DNA from: a virus
Virus record (IMG/VR): IMGVR_UViG_3300017917_000405
Coordinates: 1-64,000 of that record
DNA length: 64,000 nucleotides
Strand: one strand, 5' to 3'
Within the stretch, counting starts at the first letter, position 1. Every line of letters starts with the position of its first letter. The notes below the pieces were generated by a model. It was not told the origin of the DNA, searched no databases, and saw only the letters and a list, made by a program, of their open reading frames with translations. Positions 19,345 to 29,001 of the stretch are shown piece after piece. Made by a program: the position numbers and the translations under genes.

Positions 19345-20562
19345 TTACAGATCATCGTATACTTCAGAAAACTTTCCCTTATCAAAGTCTGCAATAATTG
19401 AAAAATCTCCAAGGAATCCATTACGATTCTTTCTAAAAGCAATCTCAATTAGGTCGCTATTTGTTTTTCTTCCTAGTGCAAGCACAAAGTCTGCATCATA
19501 TGCAATCTGTCGTGACCATGCTACCTGTCCAAGTTGTGGAACAGACTCTAAATCTGTTGCATCGTCTGGCGTAGCAGAAGCAATAGCGATTACTGGAATC
19601 TGTTCTGAAATTGCAAGCAACTTTAGTTCTCGTGAAAGATTCTTAATCTTAACAGTCTCGTTATCGCTATGACCATTGTCAACCATCAATTGCAGATAAT
19701 CAATAAATACGATATCTGGTTTGTACTGATCAATCTTTGCACGAATAACATTTGGCGTTACCTCATTCATTCCGTCATTTGAAATGATTTTAAATGGCTG
19801 CTTGCCAACTAGATTCTTTTCTGCCCATGGAGCAAACTGCTCATCTGAGATCTTTCCAGATGAGATTGCTCTATGCGAGAACGTTCCATCTCCAAGAATT
19901 GTATAAATGCGGTTACGAACCTCGTGCTCAGTCATTTCTAGGCTTAGAATCATTGGAACCTTTCCGTCCTTCCAGGCCTGAATAGCAAAGAATAGGCTCA
20001 TCCACGACTTACCAATTGCAGGATATGCAAGAAGAATTCCAAGTTGACCAGGAGAAATTCCCATTGGAAGACAAGCATCAAAAGAAACCAGGCCAGTCTT
20101 AATTCCACGAACACCCTGTTCGTTATCCTTACGAACCTTATCAAAGTGTGCGATGGCATCATCAACATCTGTTACATCAATGTCTCTGACACGGGACGTT
20201 ACACGACTAAGCGTAGACACCTCACGATTAATAAAGTCTAGTGCTTTTGCAGTCTCGTTTGACTGAACCAGATCTGCTGATTTTCTCAGGGTGTTTCTTA
20301 GAGACTCGTCCATAAATGTTTCTTTTAGACGGTTGACTTGGTAGATTGTTGGACCGTGGTCAATTGGGTCAAAGTCTCTGAACCTTGTTGCTAGTAGATC
20401 TGAGTCTGGAACCTGCTTTGTTTCTGAATAGTAGTCCTTGATAAACTCCCAGATATCTGCACAGTCTTTCATCATGAAGTCCATGTTGTTCTCAAAAAGA
20501 ACATGAATATCTTTATTATCTGCTACCGCTGAGATGACGGCAACTTCCTCACGCATTCCCAT
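19345..20562 (-). CDS. dnaB: DnaB-like replicative helicase
   Basis: AYPAIGKS, SLEM, FIDYLQL, IAYDAD and KNRNG. Confidence 0.93.
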   Translation of the reverse strand: MGMREEVAVISAVADNKDIHVLFENNMDFMMKDCADIWEFIKDYYSETKQVPDSDLLATRFRDFDPIDHGPTIYQVNRLKETFMDESLRNTLRKSADLVQSNETAKALDFINREVSTLSRVTSRVRDIDVTDVDDAIAHFDKVRKDNEQGVRGIKTGLVSFDACLPMGISPGQLGILLAYPAIGKSWMSLFFAIQAWKDGKVPMILSLEMTEHEVRNRIYTILGDGTFSHRAISSGKISDEQFAPWAEKNLVGKQPFKIISNDGMNEVTPNVIRAKIDQYKPDIVFIDYLQLMVDNGHSDNETVKIKNLSRELKLLAISEQIPVIAIASATPDDATDLESVPQLGQVAWSRQIAYDADFVLALGRKTNSDLIEIAFRKNRNGFLGDFSIIADFDKGKFSEVYDDL

Positions 20563-20890
20563 TTAAATACTCCTGCCTAATCTTTTCCATCTCTATTCTA
20601 CGCTGCATACGAAACATTTCGTCTTTTTCGGCATCCATTTTACGTTTCAATATGGTATCAAAGTTGTTATAGAACCATGATAATGGGTGCTTATCTTTAT
20701 CCAAATGAGAAAAGTAGTACTCAAGAACCTTAGTAACGTCTAGTACCCCAAAGTCTTCGATGAGCGATTTCATTGCCCACTTCTCTTTATGCTTGTTAAC
20801 TATTGGAGCAGAGTTATACTTTTCTTTATATAAAGACGAGTATTTGCTAAGTAGTGAATAACTGGCTTTGTCTAAATCCTGCTTGTTCAC
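20549..20890 (-). CDS. Hypothetical protein (possible helicase loader)
   Basis: Coupled upstream of dnaB; function inferred from position only. Confidence 0.6.
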   Translation of the reverse strand: MNKQDLDKASYSLLSKYSSLYKEKYNSAPIVNKHKEKWAMKSLIEDFGVLDVTKVLEYYFSHLDKDKHPLSWFYNNFDTILKRKMDAEKDEMFRMQRRIEMEKIRQEYLNGNA

Positions 20891-21096
20891 TTTAACTCTT
20901 TCTCAATCTCCTGCACCTTTTCGATAAGTTTAGATTCCACAAACTTATAAACCCTATCCATAGCACCGTCTACGCCAGAATCTGACTCACGCACCCAGTC
21001 TTCAATTCCTAGTTCAACGTGAACAGTCTCAAAGTTTCCTAGATTTCTGACGTACTTTAACGCGACTTTGACTGTCGTTTGGTTGTTCTGGTTCAT
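20887..21096 (-). CDS. Hypothetical protein
   Basis: VRNLGNFE.V.V motif typical of actinophage small proteins. Confidence 0.7.
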   Translation of the reverse strand: MNQNNQTTVKVALKYVRNLGNFETVHVELGIEDWVRESDSGVDGAMDRVYKFVESKLIEKVQEIEKELK

Positions 21097-21427
21097 TCTC
21101 TAACCGATCCTCTTCTTCGCTTGGACTGAGAAACCCTACTGGCATTTTAAACTCTAGTCCATCTTCTTCATCTTGATCATCTGTATTCTGACCAAGAACC
21201 TGACTAATTGCAATCCATCTATCAGCAATGTCTATCATAGTGGACTCATCGTGTTTTTGCAAGGCAACATCAAACGCTGCCATAAGAACTTGTGCTGCTG
21301 CTAAGATAGCACTTTCTTCTGAAACTATTGGTCCAATAAATTGTTCAATTTTATTATCAAATTTATTATACGGAGAAGTTTTCGGCTTTCCAGGTTGGGA
21401 CGTATCTTCCGTCTTTTGTTTTGACAT
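21029..21427 (-). CDS. Hypothetical protein
   Basis: Helical core plus acidic tail; overlaps both neighbours. Confidence 0.6.
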   Translation of the reverse strand: MSKQKTEDTSQPGKPKTSPYNKFDNKIEQFIGPIVSEESAILAAAQVLMAAFDVALQKHDESTMIDIADRWIAISQVLGQNTDDQDEEDGLEFKMPVGFLSPSEEEDRLENEPEQPNDSQSRVKVRQKSRKL

Positions 21428-21959
21428 ATGTCATTTGCCTCTTTCCTATCCTGTATTCGAATTCTTCTAGCGTTGGAACGTCACTCCCAGGAGTAACTAG
21501 ACCATCCAATCGCGGCCTTCCACGATGTAGTGTAGCATAGTACTCTCGCATTGTATATAGGTCTTTTTCACTTAGGTAATAAACACCTACGCCATTTTTC
21601 CTGAAAACCCTTTTAGGGTTAATATTACACTTCTTATGATAAATAAGATCACGAATCATTGTGTGGTGTCTATTAAATATTTTACATACTTCATAAATCC
21701 TATATGCACGACCAGCATATTTTTTAAAATCTGAATATGTATATGTACACATCTCGTCGGTATCATAATTGTAGGCATAGACGATTCCCGCTGGACGATT
21801 AACCTTAATCTTTCTATGAAGCATATCGTTGAGAAAAAACATTTTCCCAATCTTATATGCTGCTATCTTCCTAGGGTTATCTTCTTCGATTGCTGCATCT
21901 CTTGCCTCAATATCCACTTCCCGAATGTGCCATGGTTTTGAGGATACTGCATCGACCAT
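21366..21959 (-). CDS. MerR-like HTH DNA-binding protein
   Basis: YRIYEVCKIFNRH...YYLSEKDL and GRPR motif. Confidence 0.6.
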   Translation of the reverse strand: MVDAVSSKPWHIREVDIEARDAAIEEDNPRKIAAYKIGKMFFLNDMLHRKIKVNRPAGIVYAYNYDTDEMCTYTYSDFKKYAGRAYRIYEVCKIFNRHHTMIRDLIYHKKCNINPKRVFRKNGVGVYYLSEKDLYTMREYYATLHRGRPRLDGLVTPGSDVPTLEEFEYRIGKRQMTYVKTKDGRYVPTWKAENFSV

Positions 21960-22058
21960 CTTTTACCACACCTTAAACAATATAACTCAACATGTATGTC
22001 TGAATTGAAAGCACGATCTGAAAGAACCCTGCCTCCCTTACAGCGTCTACACCACATA
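21863..22058 (-). CDS. Zinc ribbon protein
   Basis: MWCRRCKGGRV...LYCLRCGKRW; start coordinate approximate. Confidence 0.65.
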
Positions 22059-22829
22059 TTACGCCGAAAAGACCTTCCCGTCAACGACGCAACTCATCTC
22101 ATTCTCATTGATCTGAATGATTTGAATATGTGGATAATCATTGACAATATGTGCGATGGCAAATCCTGCTTGCCAGTCGTGATTAATTGTATAGTCCATC
22201 TGCTTAGGGTCGCAAAGGTGTCCAATTTCAAACCCTCGCAACTTCTGACCAGTTAGATCATACGTCTTATAAAAAGATCCAATTCTATGTGAGTGTCCTC
22301 GCACAAGACTAACACCCCAGTTAATAACATCATTACGAACGGATTCTCCAGCGTGCTTTGAAATAGACTCACCATGATGGCAGTACATATCTCCAAAACG
22401 TTTTACTGGCGGTTCGCTGTATTCGTGCCATACAAACCCGTACTTGTCGTATTCATATAAACTCTTAGATGTAATTACGTCAAGGAACTGTGGAGCCTTC
22501 TTTGCTAGATATGCGCCATGCCTTGTCCATCCATGATTTCCATCATGAAAGTGGCAGTCTGCCTTTGGAACTAGTGATCTAATATCTGACATAAATTCTT
22601 TAGTTCCTGAAACACCGCCATCTCCTACTGGCGTCCAGGCATCTGGAGTTCCATCCGCCCATCGACTTGTTGAATCTGCGTCATCAATGTCTCCAAGCAG
22701 GTCTACTGCGTCTGGCTTAAACCATTTCATTACCTTAAGAAATAGTTCTACCTTGCGAGGGTCATGTCGTGGGAAATGCACATCTGATACGAGCATCCAC
22801 TTTAGATCACTCTTTGCTTGCGTAGCCAT
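22059..22829 (-). CDS. Calcineurin-like metallophosphoesterase
   Basis: SDVH, GDIDD, GNH, HHG and GHSH motifs. Confidence 0.9.
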   Translation of the reverse strand: MATQAKSDLKWMLVSDVHFPRHDPRKVELFLKVMKWFKPDAVDLLGDIDDADSTSRWADGTPDAWTPVGDGGVSGTKEFMSDIRSLVPKADCHFHDGNHGWTRHGAYLAKKAPQFLDVITSKSLYEYDKYGFVWHEYSEPPVKRFGDMYCHHGESISKHAGESVRNDVINWGVSLVRGHSHRIGSFYKTYDLTGQKLRGFEIGHLCDPKQMDYTINHDWQAGFAIAHIVNDYPHIQIIQINENEMSCVVDGKVFSA

Positions 22830-22867
22830 TCTTCTCCAATGTTAGTTGAGTAGACAGTATACACCGC

Positions 22868-23572
22868 CTATAGTTCTATTCCTGACTTATGATACCAAAG
22901 TTGCTTGTGTTTGGCAATAAGGTCTTTGATCATTAAATCTTTTTTATTTTCATTACATAGCAAATGTGCAGGGGCAACATTGTCCCATGTGTGAGTACCA
23001 TCTTCACCAAGTGGAACAATATGCTCAAGCGTTACAGACATTTTATCAGGCCACTTTAGTTCTTTGTCAATATACTCATCACAAATAATACACTTCCATT
23101 CATAGAAATCGAATACGTCGTTTTTATCTATGAAGTCACCATTAATTATTTTAGATTTTCTATTTCCAGTATATTTATCAACTGGTATGTGTAGTCCTGG
23201 TTTTATTACATCTACATTTCCATACACATTTTCTGCCAGCCACTTTGACCTACATCTATCTGTACAGAATTTTCCATTACCAAAACATCTTGGACGAACC
23301 ACAGTTCTAGTACAAATAATGCAATCGTATTCTACATATAGTGCTGGGCAGGTTTTCATACAGATTACCTGTCTACTTGTTTTGGGGACAACAAAATCTA
23401 TTTCGCAGTAGATGCATCTTCTTTGTTCTTTTTTAGTTTGGCAGTATCTACTACAATACTTTTTTGTTTTCTTATTACTCGCTATATAGAAAAACTTCCC
23501 GCACGCTATGCAATTTCTTCTTGTTTTTTGTATTTGTTCGGGCTGTTTTCTGCGGTACTCTTTGCCCCTCAT
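22868..23572 (-). CDS. HNH endonuclease with repeated N-terminal zinc fingers
   Basis: Three CxxC...CxxxC units, then CIIC...EHIVPL...G.HTWDNV...HLLCN. Confidence 0.85.
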   Translation of the reverse strand: MRGKEYRRKQPEQIQKTRRNCIACGKFFYIASNKKTKKYCSRYCQTKKEQRRCIYCEIDFVVPKTSRQVICMKTCPALYVEYDCIICTRTVVRPRCFGNGKFCTDRCRSKWLAENVYGNVDVIKPGLHIPVDKYTGNRKSKIINGDFIDKNDVFDFYEWKCIICDEYIDKELKWPDKMSVTLEHIVPLGEDGTHTWDNVAPAHLLCNENKKDLMIKDLIAKHKQLWYHKSGIEL

Positions 23573-23582
23573 ATATTAAATT

Positions 23583-24002
23583 TTACTTTTGCCCTACGGC
23601 TATATATCCTATTCTACAATTTACACGCTTTCTATCTGCAGCATCGTTACCTGAATCATTTCTCCAGATAGTCACATCAAAGGTTGATGCAGTAATGTTA
23701 TGAACAACGCATGATAAGTTAAAGTCATTAGTTGTTTGATATACGCTTGCTACAACAATTGGAGGACTTGAAAACCCGTCGCAACGAATATCACGAATTG
23801 TTATATCGTTATCGTTCTTTTTTAATACAGCATCTACTGTATCTGCACGAATTACAAGGTTTGGGTAGCCAAATTCTCTTCCGCGCACGCTAAGGTTATT
23901 CGTGATATCTGTTGCAATAGGTTTAATTGCATTTACTTCATTGACTAGAGAATTATAGATTTCTCTGGTCAGCGGTGATCCTGGATTAAGAGGACTCGCC
24001 AT
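23583..24002 (-). CDS. Minor tail protein (H-type lectin/gp53-like)
   Basis: FSSPPIVVAS...ITASTF...YIAVG. Confidence 0.65.
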   Translation of the reverse strand: MASPLNPGSPLTREIYNSLVNEVNAIKPIATDITNNLSVRGREFGYPNLVIRADTVDAVLKKNDNDITIRDIRCDGFSSPPIVVASVYQTTNDFNLSCVVHNITASTFDVTIWRNDSGNDAADRKRVNCRIGYIAVGQK

Positions 24003-24162
24003 TCTTTTCCTCCTTTAGCCTCGCAATTTCTGCATCCTTCTCGGCGAGGGCTTCTGTGATTTGTGCCTTAAGAACTGCCATCTGTGCCTCATAATTTGAG
24101 GTAATCTGACCAATACGGCTCTGAAGTTCTTGGGCTACTAGTTCCATTGTCTTGTCGCTCAT
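23986..24162 (-). CDS. Small coiled-coil protein (58 aa)
   Basis: Manual translation MSDKTMELVAQELQSRIGQITSNYEAQMAVLKAQIT...; TAATG coupling. Confidence 0.75.
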   Translation of the reverse strand: MSDKTMELVAQELQSRIGQITSNYEAQMAVLKAQITEALAEKDAEIARLKEEKNGESS

Positions 24163-27100
24163 TATGCTCCTATCTTAGACTCCAATTGTATCAGACGGTT
24201 TTTAAGATCGTCAATTTCTTTTTGTTGATCTTGAATAAGCGCAATAGCACATGGAATAAACTCTATTTCATTCCAACCTTCTGGATTTCCATCTTCATCT
24301 AAATATGCCAATGCTGGAATTTTTTCATATACATCTTCTGCAATAAATCCATAAACTTTATTTCCAGGGTTTCTAATATATTCGAATCTTGTAGGAATTA
24401 TATTTAAAAGATTTCTATATTCTTTATCTATATTAGAAATTTTTTCTTTTGGAATTTTTTCAGAAAAAACATTATAGTTATTGGTTGGACTAACATTTGT
24501 TTTAACTCGTATTGTTGAGTCTGCTGTTCCAAGAACGTTAGTATCTTGAATTCTAACAACTCTCGTATTTGTTCCAGTTCCAATGGAGTTTCCCCAAACA
24601 TTTGCTGTGTAAATTCTTGCCGTTCCGCCTGGATTTAATGTAATTGTTCCAGAACTTGTTGTTGTAATTGAAAGGTTTCCATTATTTGTTACTGTATTAA
24701 CATCTATCGTTCCAACGTTATTTATATTTGTAAAGTATCCGTCTGTAGCAGTAACAGATGAGGCATTAACACTACCTGTAAGTGAAATTCTTCCAGCATA
24801 TATGATTGATTGGCTTTCATATGAACTATAGTACCAACCTCCAACATCGGTTAATCCTGAGTATAAAGACATTCCTCCATTTTTTCCAGACGGGCTTAAT
24901 TGAAAGTCTGCTATTCTTCCGGCAGAAGCCGTAATTGTTCCACTAATATTTGCTCCGTCTGCTGTTAAATATCCATTTACATCTACTGAAAAATGTCCAG
25001 CAATAATTCTTCCATCAGAATATAAAGATGTTTTTGAGTTATATAGCCTATCTGTTGCAAGTGACCATCCACCAATTGTTCCAGACGATGCGGTTACTGC
25101 TCCATTAATGGTTAAGGCTGATCCATTCCAAACAAGTTTATCTCCAAGAGAAAAACTAGTTTGTCCTCCTACTAGTCCAACAAAAAATGGCGTGTTTGAA
25201 ACTCCGTGTTGTCCAACACCAGAATACATTGCGCTTGCTGTTACTGTAAGATCAGATACTTTAAATGTTGTTCCGTCGTAGTGGAGACCACTACCAATTG
25301 AAAACTTATTTTCGTTATCTATATAAAAAGCAGTTGAAGCAGATTTCCATGCTGGAATTGTTCCAGATGCTGCAATGTACATTTTTGCAGTAGTAGCACT
25401 CTGTAGAAATGTAATTGCCTTACTAGATGTTCCATTAAACTGAGATCTAATATATGCACCATCAAGACTCGTTCCAACTTCCCACCCTGCCGTGAGAGAT
25501 CCTATACGACCAGAGGTAAAGTTAAACACACCGCCGCTAGAAAGTGACATTGTTTGTGTGCCAGAAGTATTATATCCAGAAATGCCAGTCTTATTAAAGA
25601 CCAATCTTTCTCCAGAAGAAACTGAAGATCCAGCATATAGAGACCCATCTGTTAAGTGTACGTTTCCAGAAAACTCTCCACTTTCTGCATTTATATCACC
25701 CTGAACATATAGCGATGATGAAAAAGAATCCCAAACAAGTTTATCTTTTAATGAAAATTTACCATCTGAATCTAGATAAAATCCAGTATTTGAATTCATA
25801 AACGTGCCAGTTCCAGAATAAATTTTTCCTATTGGCGTTCCAAATTCTGGAGTATCTGACTTAATAGTAATCTGACTTGCTAAATCTGTACCAACATAAA
25901 TAGCCTGATTTGCAGCGAGTGTTCCTGTACGAATTCTGTCTGCTGTAATATCGCCAATGTATGCATTATCAATATATGTGATCAAAGACGCTTGTGATGT
26001 TGCAGAGGCATCTGATGCGTTGCCTGCTCCGTCAACTACCTTCGTGTAAAAGTATTTAGATCCCACCGTTGATGAGTTAAAGTTATATGTAATTGTTCCA
26101 GTAGAACCATACCCAGTATTGTTTGTTGTAGATGGGCTAGTTGCTGGAATTGTTCCAATATATGTTCCACCACTATTTGTATTCGTGCTAGACACATAAA
26201 CATCGAACCTAGCAATATCGTCTTCTAGAAAATCTGTATTATTTGCTTTTTTATTGCTATGCTTTATAACAATATTTTGATTGCCAGTCTGTGATGTATT
26301 TTGTACAAGAACCTGAATTGCTGCTGGAGTGCTTGGCTTGTCAATATCTTGTGGAGTAGCAAATGATACTACTGATGTATAAGAACTTAAGTTAAACACA
26401 CTATCATATGCTGCTACCTTTATATAGTAAGTCGTAAATGGCAGCAGGTTATATATAGTATAAGATCTTCCTGGGGTTGAATAATAGGTCCAAGTAGATT
26501 GATCTGTACTTACCGCTAATTTGTATCCAAAAGGACTACCAGTTGCCGAAACATTCCAGGTTATTTCAGCGGTTTTATCAGTACTAGTTGTTGCAGTCAG
26601 ACCAGTAGGAACAGACGGTGCTGTTGTGTCAACGTCTTCCACCGCATTTACTGTAATAAGGTTTGATTGCTTAATAGATGATTCGTTTTCAGATTCGTCA
26701 AATGCTGATACTCCAATATAGTAGTTACCCTCATCTCCAAGAGCAACAACTCCAGTATAAGACCTATCAGTTGCTCCTAGACCAGCGAACTCTTGGGTCC
26801 ATGAACTTTCTGATTCTTTCCTTGAATATACAATAAATCCATCTATAATATTCGGAGTAGTCTGAACATATGTCCATGAAACTAAAAATGAATTTACTGC
26901 TCCAGATGCAACAACAATATCTGGCGGCCTAAGTTCTAATTCATCAATGTATGAGTACCTACGGTATGTGGAAGGTATCGTAGACGACCCAGTTGCACTT
27001 ACTGATAGAACACGAATATAAATAACATTTAAAGATACGCCAAATGTTGCAAGAAGCATCTCGTTACTAAAATAGGTAGATGTTTCTGTTGCATCAATTG

Positions 27101-27389
27101 ATGTTTTATTGATAAAGTCTGATGTATCTGCTATTTCTACAACGTATCTTACAGCCTCTGGCTTTTGTAGATTTGTTGCTGGTGGATTCCAGCGAATAAT
27201 AATTCCAGAACTATTTGATGCAGTTACAACAGAAATAGTATCTTGATCTACTTGTTCTGGGGCTGGAGTATCATTTACAGTAAACTCATATACTACAGAG
27301 TTGCCACTTTCTGTTCCGTTTGCATCTACTGATCTATAGCGTAGTTTATATGTTTTTCCTGGAATAAGATTAGGTACAATTTTATCCAT
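24162..27389 (-). CDS. Tail fibre/spike with FN3 domains and C-terminal S74 intramolecular chaperone
   Basis: FN3 repeats (DTTAPSVPTGL...YYIKVAAYD); STIRVKTN...YGFIAEDV...coiled coil. Confidence 0.85.
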   Translation of the reverse strand: MDKIVPNLIPGKTYKLRYRSVDANGTESGNSVVYEFTVNDTPAPEQVDQDTISVVTASNSSGIIIRWNPPATNLQKPEAVRYVVEIADTSDFINKTSIDATETSTYFSNEMLLATFGVSLNVIYIRVLSVSATGSSTIPSTYRRYSYIDELELRPPDIVVASGAVNSFLVSWTYVQTTPNIIDGFIVYSRKESESSWTQEFAGLGATDRSYTGVVALGDEGNYYIGVSAFDESENESSIKQSNLITVNAVEDVDTTAPSVPTGLTATTSTDKTAEITWNVSATGSPFGYKLAVSTDQSTWTYYSTPGRSYTIYNLLPFTTYYIKVAAYDSVFNLSSYTSVVSFATPQDIDKPSTPAAIQVLVQNTSQTGNQNIVIKHSNKKANNTDFLEDDIARFDVYVSSTNTNSGGTYIGTIPATSPSTTNNTGYGSTGTITYNFNSSTVGSKYFYTKVVDGAGNASDASATSQASLITYIDNAYIGDITADRIRTGTLAANQAIYVGTDLASQITIKSDTPEFGTPIGKIYSGTGTFMNSNTGFYLDSDGKFSLKDKLVWDSFSSSLYVQGDINAESGEFSGNVHLTDGSLYAGSSVSSGERLVFNKTGISGYNTSGTQTMSLSSGGVFNFTSGRIGSLTAGWEVGTSLDGAYIRSQFNGTSSKAITFLQSATTAKMYIAASGTIPAWKSASTAFYIDNENKFSIGSGLHYDGTTFKVSDLTVTASAMYSGVGQHGVSNTPFFVGLVGGQTSFSLGDKLVWNGSALTINGAVTASSGTIGGWSLATDRLYNSKTSLYSDGRIIAGHFSVDVNGYLTADGANISGTITASAGRIADFQLSPSGKNGGMSLYSGLTDVGGWYYSSYESQSIIYAGRISLTGSVNASSVTATDGYFTNINNVGTIDVNTVTNNGNLSITTTSSGTITLNPGGTARIYTANVWGNSIGTGTNTRVVRIQDTNVLGTADSTIRVKTNVSPTNNYNVFSEKIPKEKISNIDKEYRNLLNIIPTRFEYIRNPGNKVYGFIAEDVYEKIPALAYLDEDGNPEGWNEIEFIPCAIALIQDQQKEIDDLKNRLIQLESKIGA

Positions 27390-28261
27390 TAAAAGTTCAC
27401 CGTCAATCTATACTCTACATCTACTGTAAATCCAGAGGACTTTTCTCTTACAGTTGCTGGAACAGTTCTAGCCACCATTGAGTTAAGTGGATTAATTGAA
27501 TCCGCGTCGTCCATTCTTAGTCCATCCATTTTTAACCAATTACTTGATGAATTATTGGTTATCTTTACATAAGATAAAGATGCAAGATTAGATGATACAG
27601 AAGTCATTGGCTTTTGGAAGATTACATATTTAGTTGAGCCGCTTGCAGATGCTACAACCATTTTTCCACCACTTGGTGTACTTGTTCCATTTGTAATTCC
27701 AGTTTCAGAGAATGTAACGCTAGTTGAATTTCCAGATGTGTCATATAGTTCGACGGTAAAATTAAAACTGTTTCCAGCAGTAATAAAAGCACAGTTAATA
27801 TAATCTGATACATTAAATCTTGAATAGTCTCCAGCGGAGGGGATTGAACATGTTCCACCACTAGTATCAATTTTTGCACCAGTACTACCAATTCTAAAGT
27901 CAGCGCTTGAGTCTAGTCCAGAGGTAGCGCCAGTAAATGTAGCACCGTCACCCTGACTAAATGTTGCTAATAGTAAACCATCTATAGTGTTTCCAGATAC
28001 AGTAGATTGTTTTGGAAAAATTCCAATTTCATAAATCTTATATTCATCATTAATTGGCGCTGATCCTTGGAACACTACCTGCTCATCTACACCGCTAATT
28101 GTTGAAGCAACTACTGGAAATCTGCCAACCTCAAAGTTAAGTCTAGTATCTGATGCTGTTGTTGCAGCATTTCCAATTCCAACTGCAATTTCACTTACAA
28201 GTGATGGCTGTACTCCAGCAAGGTAGCGCAAAGCGATGGCTTTTCCATTAGTAGTAATCAT
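27389..28261 (-). CDS. Minor tail protein
   Basis: MITTNGK...IAVGIG...L.FE..R and YEIGIF baseplate-type motifs. Confidence 0.75.
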   Translation of the reverse strand: MITTNGKAIALRYLAGVQPSLVSEIAVGIGNAATTASDTRLNFEVGRFPVVASTISGVDEQVVFQGSAPINDEYKIYEIGIFPKQSTVSGNTIDGLLLATFSQGDGATFTGATSGLDSSADFRIGSTGAKIDTSGGTCSIPSAGDYSRFNVSDYINCAFITAGNSFNFTVELYDTSGNSTSVTFSETGITNGTSTPSGGKMVVASASGSTKYVIFQKPMTSVSSNLASLSYVKITNNSSSNWLKMDGLRMDDADSINPLNSMVARTVPATVREKSSGFTVDVEYRLTVNF

Positions 28262-29001
28262 TGTACCTCTAGTATATCAACTCTATAGTCTACTACACCA
28301 TTTACATCTGGTAGCGATAGTTTCATATCATATCTTGCAGTACCATCTGGATTAGATCTCACCTGATTTTCAACAAATCCAGTAGGAGTTGCTGCACCAA
28401 ACAAATATGATGTGTTAAATTCTGATTCTGAACGATTTCTTGGAGGAGCAACAATAATATCATCAATGTCCTGTATACCAACAAGGCTATCATAGTCAAC
28501 TCTCTTATCGTCATCTTGATATAAAACAGAAACTGCAAGTGTAGTTGGTATTTGGTCAATTTCTCCAATATTATTATTTGCTACTAAAGAGTCTACTGAT
28601 GCTTCAAAGTTACGGTAAAGATTAATCGCGTATTGCTCTTGCTCTTTTGAGCCAACCTCGTCCATTCCAAGACCATAAAGTTCTTGAATATATGAATTTC
28701 CCCAGACTCGTGAGTTAGACACAACATCTGATGCGTCTGATTCGTTAAATGGGTCGGAGCCTATTGGCTTCTTAGGGTATCGCTTATTGTATTCTTCTTT
28801 TGCTTCCTTAACAGCACCCTTGCCATACTTTTGTTTTAGATCTTTACGGGCCTCTTTAAATTCTTTTTTCTCTTTACGAATATCTTTACGTTCTTGTTTA
28901 GTTACCTTACCGTCTTCCTTTGCCGCTGCTTTTGTTACAGCAACATCACGCTTTTCACTAACAAATCTTTCAATAGCCTTTTCTTTACCCTTTTTAGCCA
29001 T
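28258..29001 (-). CDS. Tail-module hypothetical protein with Lys-rich N-terminus
   Basis: Coupled between minor tail genes. Confidence 0.7.
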   Translation of the reverse strand: MAKKGKEKAIERFVSEKRDVAVTKAAAKEDGKVTKQERKDIRKEKKEFKEARKDLKQKYGKGAVKEAKEEYNKRYPKKPIGSDPFNESDASDVVSNSRVWGNSYIQELYGLGMDEVGSKEQEQYAINLYRNFEASVDSLVANNNIGEIDQIPTTLAVSVLYQDDDKRVDYDSLVGIQDIDDIIVAPPRNRSESEFNTSYLFGAATPTGFVENQVRSNPDGTARYDMKLSLPDVNGVVDYRVDILEVQ

